Shown here piece after piece: positions 60,528 through 64,000 of a stretch of 64,000 nucleotides of DNA (position 1 is the first letter of the stretch; every line of letters starts with the position of its first letter). The stretch spans positions 686 to 64,685 of the forward strand of contig JBGAMF010000007.1 of the NCBI GenBank assembly GCA_044223185.1, in the 5' to 3' direction. The notes under the pieces are model-generated. The model worked only from the letters and a program-made list of their open reading frames with translations. It did no database searches and had not been told where the DNA came from. The position numbers and the translations under genes are program-made. This DNA comes from Casimicrobiaceae bacterium. Lineage in GTDB: Bacteria; Pseudomonadota; Gammaproteobacteria; Burkholderiales; Casimicrobiaceae.

Positions 60528-61580
60528 TCAAGCTCCACCACCAAGGATTTTGATATAGCTCTGCTCTTTATCTCGAAGGTCCCATGTTGCCTGGATATGT
60601 CGCGTTAACTCCGGCAAATCGGTTTCAATCGTAGTCCGCCAGAGATGTGCTTTGTACTCAAAGACACGCAACATGTTGTCCACATCAAATACGCGACCCG
60701 TTCCCGTAGCCTTGATGATCGAAACCGGCCTATTCGTCATCATGCGAATGCCTAGCTCGAACAGCACATTAGGATTGTGTTCCGTCAAGTCGCATATGAC
60801 GAGATCAGCCTCCAACAACTCCTTGATGATGGTCGATTGGATCAGGTCGCTGCCTTGTCGGTTTGCCGTTCTTACTTGGAAACCTGCTTCGACTGCCGCC
60901 GGTGTGATAAGGCTTCGGAGCACTTCGGTGAAGAACCCGCTAGCATGTGTTGCTTCTCGTTCTACAAACGGCATGATCACAAAAGCTACAAGATTTGATG
61001 CTGTCTTCGGTTCGCCTACCACAACCGTGGTCTTGGTCTCGGCGGCCCTTTGCGGCGGCGAGCCAGGAGCATCACCGGCCTTGATTCCAAGATACTCGGA
61101 ATTGGCTCGAAAGAGCTTTGAAAATTCTTCGTGCTGCTCGGGCAGGAGTCCAAACTCTCTCTCCAGCGTGTTACCGAGATACTTCATTTCTGGCAGATCA
61201 CTGCCCTTGTAGTGATCGAACACTCGACGAAAGATGTCGACCCCCAGGAATGCTTCCGTTTTCTTTTCTAGCTCAGCTGCCGGGTCCGGAGCGTAAACAA
61301 TCGCTCTGCCCAGATCGGTGAGCTCCACCTTCGGGGTATTTCGAGTGCCGATCGTCAGTCCGAAGTCACGGGAAGCGGCGGTCGTGTAGTAAAACTTGTT
61401 GGTCTTGTGGCTCATGCTCAAGGCTGCGGCTAGATCCTCCACAGCCCATGGATTGCCACCATTCTTCTCCTTGATCGCGACTGGGACTTCTAGCGCTATC
61501 TCAAGAGGCAGGGTCGGAAAGGTGACCTTCGGCTTTTCCGCCTTCGGTGCAGTCTTTTTCGTACCTTTCTTCGCCGCCAC
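60528..61580 (-). CDS. Winged-helix plus nucleoside 2-deoxyribosyltransferase-like (NDT) two-domain protein (cassette)
   Basis: N-terminal FP...LE.AL, FGLT.G, VELT.LG.AI; C-terminal AFVIMPF, ADLVICDLTEHNPNVLFELG. Confidence 0.7.
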   Translation of the reverse strand: MAAKKGTKKTAPKAEKPKVTFPTLPLEIALEVPVAIKEKNGGNPWAVEDLAAALSMSHKTNKFYYTTAASRDFGLTIGTRNTPKVELTDLGRAIVYAPDPAAELEKKTEAFLGVDIFRRVFDHYKGSDLPEMKYLGNTLEREFGLLPEQHEEFSKLFRANSEYLGIKAGDAPGSPPQRAAETKTTVVVGEPKTASNLVAFVIMPFVEREATHASGFFTEVLRSLITPAAVEAGFQVRTANRQGSDLIQSTIIKELLEADLVICDLTEHNPNVLFELGIRMMTNRPVSIIKATGTGRVFDVDNMLRVFEYKAHLWRTTIETDLPELTRHIQATWDLRDKEQSYIKILGGGA

Positions 61581-61604
61581 AATTTTCTCCCTCTGAATAT
61601 TCGA

Positions 61605-61629
61605 ATCTAACGTTGGACTTCACCCGGTC
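61605..61629 (-). repeat. Half attC (core GTTAGAT plus one L arm); other half deleted at the upstream stop codon
   Basis: ATCTAAC-gttgg-acttcacccgg parallels the matching arms at 59093, 60420 and 63005, then runs straight into TGA 61630. Confidence 0.7.
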
Positions 61630-62976
61630 TCACCAGCGCACTTTCCACATTCCGCCTCCGGTGCAGGTGCCGCAATGCTGCAAACTCTTCCAGTCGTTGC
61701 GCCCCGTGACCTTCTCAAGCCCCTTTCTTGCCTTGTCGGCTTTCGCCGATCCTTGCCAAGACGTGTGACCACAGTCTGCGACCTCGACTAAGACATCGTA
61801 TGCGCCCTTGCTATGGGTTTTCTTGTAGAAGCGCACCTCACCCGACCCGGGGTCGGTGGACTCTGAAACGGTGGTGGTTTCGTCCGGGTCTTGGATCTCT
61901 GGCGCCTTCAGCTGGCTAAGTGCGTGTTCAGCCATGTCAGCACGAGCCGCAGTTCGAGCGAGTTCGCTCTGTAGTTGCTCCACTGTGTTCTTGAGATCCT
62001 GGTTCTCATTGATGTACAGACGAGCAATTGCGAGTTCTTCAGAGTTGGGCGCTGCGCGCGCCTCAAGTTCCTCAATCCGACCGCGCGCAACGGCATCCCG
62101 GACTTCTCGAATTCCAACGGGCGGGGTAATTGAGAGCGCAGCCGTCGACATCAGCATTCTGCGCAATGTGGATCTGAGACGATTGAGACCTTTCCCGTCG
62201 CGGTCATTGGACAGGAGCACAGATGCGGTCCAGACGGTACTATTGAAGGTTCCGTCTGGCCTGTTGCGAGGGGGCCAATAGAGGCGGACCGCGCCGCGAT
62301 AACACGAATGCAGTTTCCCGACCTCATCAGACAGGGTCCAGGTTGCATCGTCATCAATCGAGATCACATGGGCAAGACCTGCGAGGTCGAAAGCAAGTTC
62401 TTCTGCGAGCCTGGGCCAGAGTTGTTCACCCTCGATCTGTGACACGACCACGATGGGTAGGCTGCGGTTCCCGCTCCGAATCTCATTGGCAAGTTCCTTA
62501 CCGCCCGTCTCACCAGCGAGGGAGCGTGGCGTAGTTCCACCTATTGTAGTGCCGTTGAGAGTCCAGTCGGCGAACTGATCCAGCAGGGTCCGGACAATCG
62601 ACGGGCACCGCGGGTCGTTCGGCAGCGGAGCAACAATACTGGCAGAGTTCGCAACGCTCAGCGTGCAGTAGATTCTGAGTCGCCCGGCGACCGCCACCGC
62701 TGAGATATGTGTCGTGAAGATCTGACCGGCCCGCGTGAACTCCTCGAGTCGAACTTCGTGAAGGGCGCCGAGATGGACTATCTGCTCCTCGCGGGAGAAA
62801 ACTCCACTCCCATCCTTCGTCAGAGACTCGAACTCACCCGCGTTGAGCGAAGGATCGGCTGCCCCCTTACTTTGGAGCCAGGTAGACATGTTGTGGCGAA
62901 CGGCATCCAATCGACCCTGAAGCTCAGCGTCGGAGAATGTCGGGGATTCGAGAAGGTATGCCGAAAGCACTTGCAT
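61630..62976 (-). CDS. Hypothetical 448-aa protein with coiled coil and C-terminal Cys/His cluster (cassette)
   Basis: Begins 28 nt after the core at 63005; LPIVVVS, LAGLAHV, CYRGAVRLYWP; DCGH...HCGTC. Confidence 0.85.
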   Translation of the reverse strand: MQVLSAYLLESPTFSDAELQGRLDAVRHNMSTWLQSKGAADPSLNAGEFESLTKDGSGVFSREEQIVHLGALHEVRLEEFTRAGQIFTTHISAVAVAGRLRIYCTLSVANSASIVAPLPNDPRCPSIVRTLLDQFADWTLNGTTIGGTTPRSLAGETGGKELANEIRSGNRSLPIVVVSQIEGEQLWPRLAEELAFDLAGLAHVISIDDDATWTLSDEVGKLHSCYRGAVRLYWPPRNRPDGTFNSTVWTASVLLSNDRDGKGLNRLRSTLRRMLMSTAALSITPPVGIREVRDAVARGRIEELEARAAPNSEELAIARLYINENQDLKNTVEQLQSELARTAARADMAEHALSQLKAPEIQDPDETTTVSESTDPGSGEVRFYKKTHSKGAYDVLVEVADCGHTSWQGSAKADKARKGLEKVTGRNDWKSLQHCGTCTGGGMWKVRW

Positions 62977-63004
62977 AGTGGCAGGGAGGCTTTAGGTGCG
63001 TCGG

Positions 63005-63073
63005 GCCTAACGTTTGACATGAGGGGCTTGACCCGGCTTGCCGGGGCAAGTCCCCTCGATGGAAGGGTTAGGC
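63005..63073 (-). repeat. attC site
   Basis: GCCTAAC-gtttg-acatgagggg-cttg...caagT-cccctcGatg-gaagg-GTTAGGC; holds the upstream TAA; 69 bp. Confidence 0.96.
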
Positions 63074-63487
63074 CGCACTGTGATGGCCCAACTGCTTAAG
63101 CCCGGCTAGGTTGTCCCACTCCGCCCAAGCCTCGACGATGCGCTCGTTCTCGATGCGATAGATGGCCAGATACGCAGCGTCAAGCACTCGCCCAGAGGCA
63201 GGGTAGGGCCCCATTGAACCGAGCTGGGTTCCTCGAAACTGATGCCTGGCGGCGACTTTGTCATCTTCTGCCACGAGGTCCAAGAGCGTTTCGCGTGCGT
63301 CTGGGAACGTAGCGAACTCCATCTTAAGAAATGCAACCAACGCCTCGGCGGACTGAACGCTCGATTCGCCTGCGGCGACGCTGTGCCTGACGAAACGCTC
63401 ACCGATGAGGCCACGGAGCCGAGGCCAGTCTTGCTCGTTGATTGCCTCAACGAAAGCGCTGACTAGAGCTTTGTTCTTCTCGGACAT
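63068..63487 (-). CDS. SnoaL-like ester cyclase family protein (cassette)
   Basis: NKALV..FVEAIN, FPD, LVAEDDKVAAR..F.GT..G, YRIEN.RIVE.W. Confidence 0.88.
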   Translation of the reverse strand: MSEKNKALVSAFVEAINEQDWPRLRGLIGERFVRHSVAAGESSVQSAEALVAFLKMEFATFPDARETLLDLVAEDDKVAARHQFRGTQLGSMGPYPASGRVLDAAYLAIYRIENERIVEAWAEWDNLAGLKQLGHHSAA

Positions 63488-63510
63488 AGTGAGGTGTTGG
63501 TTCTTGTGCG

Positions 63511-63591
63511 GGCTAACGAAAAAGGTGACCGGCGCGCGAAAGGCGGGCGAAGCCACGCCGAGGCGCGTCCGCGTTGACCGCCGGGTTAGGT
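63511..63591 (-). repeat. attC site
   Basis: GGCTAAC-gaaaa-aggtgaccgg-cgcgc...gcgcgT-ccgcgttgacc-gccgg-GTTAGGT; 81 bp. Confidence 0.9.
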
Positions 63592-63601
63592 TGCATAGGC
63601 G

Positions 63602-63871
63602 CTACCGCGACTTGCTAAGCCGCTCGGCCATTCGGGTCTGCCAGCCTGGGCCGGTAGCTTTCCAGCGCTCGATGACGTCGACCGGCAGGCGGATGGAGAT
63701 GAGCTTGCGCGGATTCGCCGACAGCGGACGTCCGCCCTTGTTCACGACGGCGCGAGCCAAAGCCTGCTCCGTCAAAGCCGGCAACTCCGTGTACTCGTGC
63801 GCCCGTATCGAGTGAGCATCGACCTTGGTGAGGTCAGATTTCAAAGAACGGCGCGAGGCGGTCTTTCTCAC
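63602..63871 (-). CDS. brnA: BrnA antitoxin (DUF4415 type)
   Basis: GGRP....RKLISIRLP.DVIE.WKATG.GWQTRM. Confidence 0.92.
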   Translation of the reverse strand: MRKTASRRSLKSDLTKVDAHSIRAHEYTELPALTEQALARAVVNKGGRPLSANPRKLISIRLPVDVIERWKATGPGWQTRMAERLSKSR

Positions 63872-64000
63872 GTTGGTTGGCCTTTCGCATGCTGAAAATG
63901 TGGCGAGCGTTTCCTCTCGGCGTGTAGCCGACGACGACTAGGCGGCCGCCAAGCATGCCGTAGCAGATGATGCGCGGCTCGCCATAGTTCCTGCGCAGGT
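63834..64000 (-). CDS. brnT: BrnT toxin, 5' part outside window
   Basis: Manual translation LRRNYGEPRIICYGMLGGRLVVVGYTPRGNARHIFSMRKANQRE...*. Confidence 0.88.
   Translation of the reverse strand, partial: LRRNYGEPRIICYGMLGGRLVVVGYTPRGNARHIFSMRKANQREKDRLAPFFEI

Larger units (their letters stand above)
53087..64000 (-). mobile_element. Integron gene-cassette array (distal part), no integrase in window; continues past the right edge
   Basis: Co-oriented short minus-strand genes each followed by an attC-type imperfect palindrome; GC falls toward the right end. Confidence 0.95.

Noticed and set aside
53087-63591. CRISPR array or REP explanation for the spaced palindromes
   Set aside because: Units differ in sequence and length, are separated by whole genes, and have attC R/L boxes; no cas genes and no constant repeat-spacer period
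44221-64000. Integrase or recombinase for the array
   Set aside because: No ORF with tyrosine-recombinase R-H-R-Y motifs in any listed frame; only the IS3 OrfA stub

Overview
High-GC betaproteobacterial (Burkholderiales-like, inferred from synteny) chromosomal window in two parts. About 0.5-44.2 kb is mostly conserved backbone: fccAB, clpA-clpS-cspD-icd-rluE, pcnB-folK-dNK-panC, a MacAB-like ABC exporter, bfd-bfr, dnaE, tRNA-Thr, sspAB, petABC, an HtrA protease, tatABC and the his operon. Its spacers hold several small palindromic repeat families and one MITE-like element. About 44.3-64 kb is accessory, with every gene on the minus strand. From about 53 kb to the right edge it is an integron gene-cassette array: 7 canonical attC sites with correctly placed extrahelical bases, 4-5 degenerate sites and 3 truncated or collapsed sites. 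No integrase lies in the window; attI and intI are predicted beyond base 64000. The array decays with distance from that end. AT-richer cassettes with intact attC lie on the right (four toxin-antitoxin pairs, a SUKH immunity protein, a wHTH-NDT protein and an unknown 448-aa putative Zn-finger protein). Degenerate sites, pseudogenes and an IS3 scar lie in the middle. GC-rich cassette-type genes without attC, including an OXA-2-like beta-lactamase, lie next to hisG. Best novelty candidates: the 448-aa + wHTH-NDT pair locked by attC deletion (possible anti-phage unit), attC variants with paired GAC/GTC changes, the OXA-2-like enzyme with an S-A-L motif, and orphan COG2984 binding proteins that behave like cassettes. 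Family assignments come from motif recognition, not database searches; start codons were re-called by eye where the ORF track over-extends.
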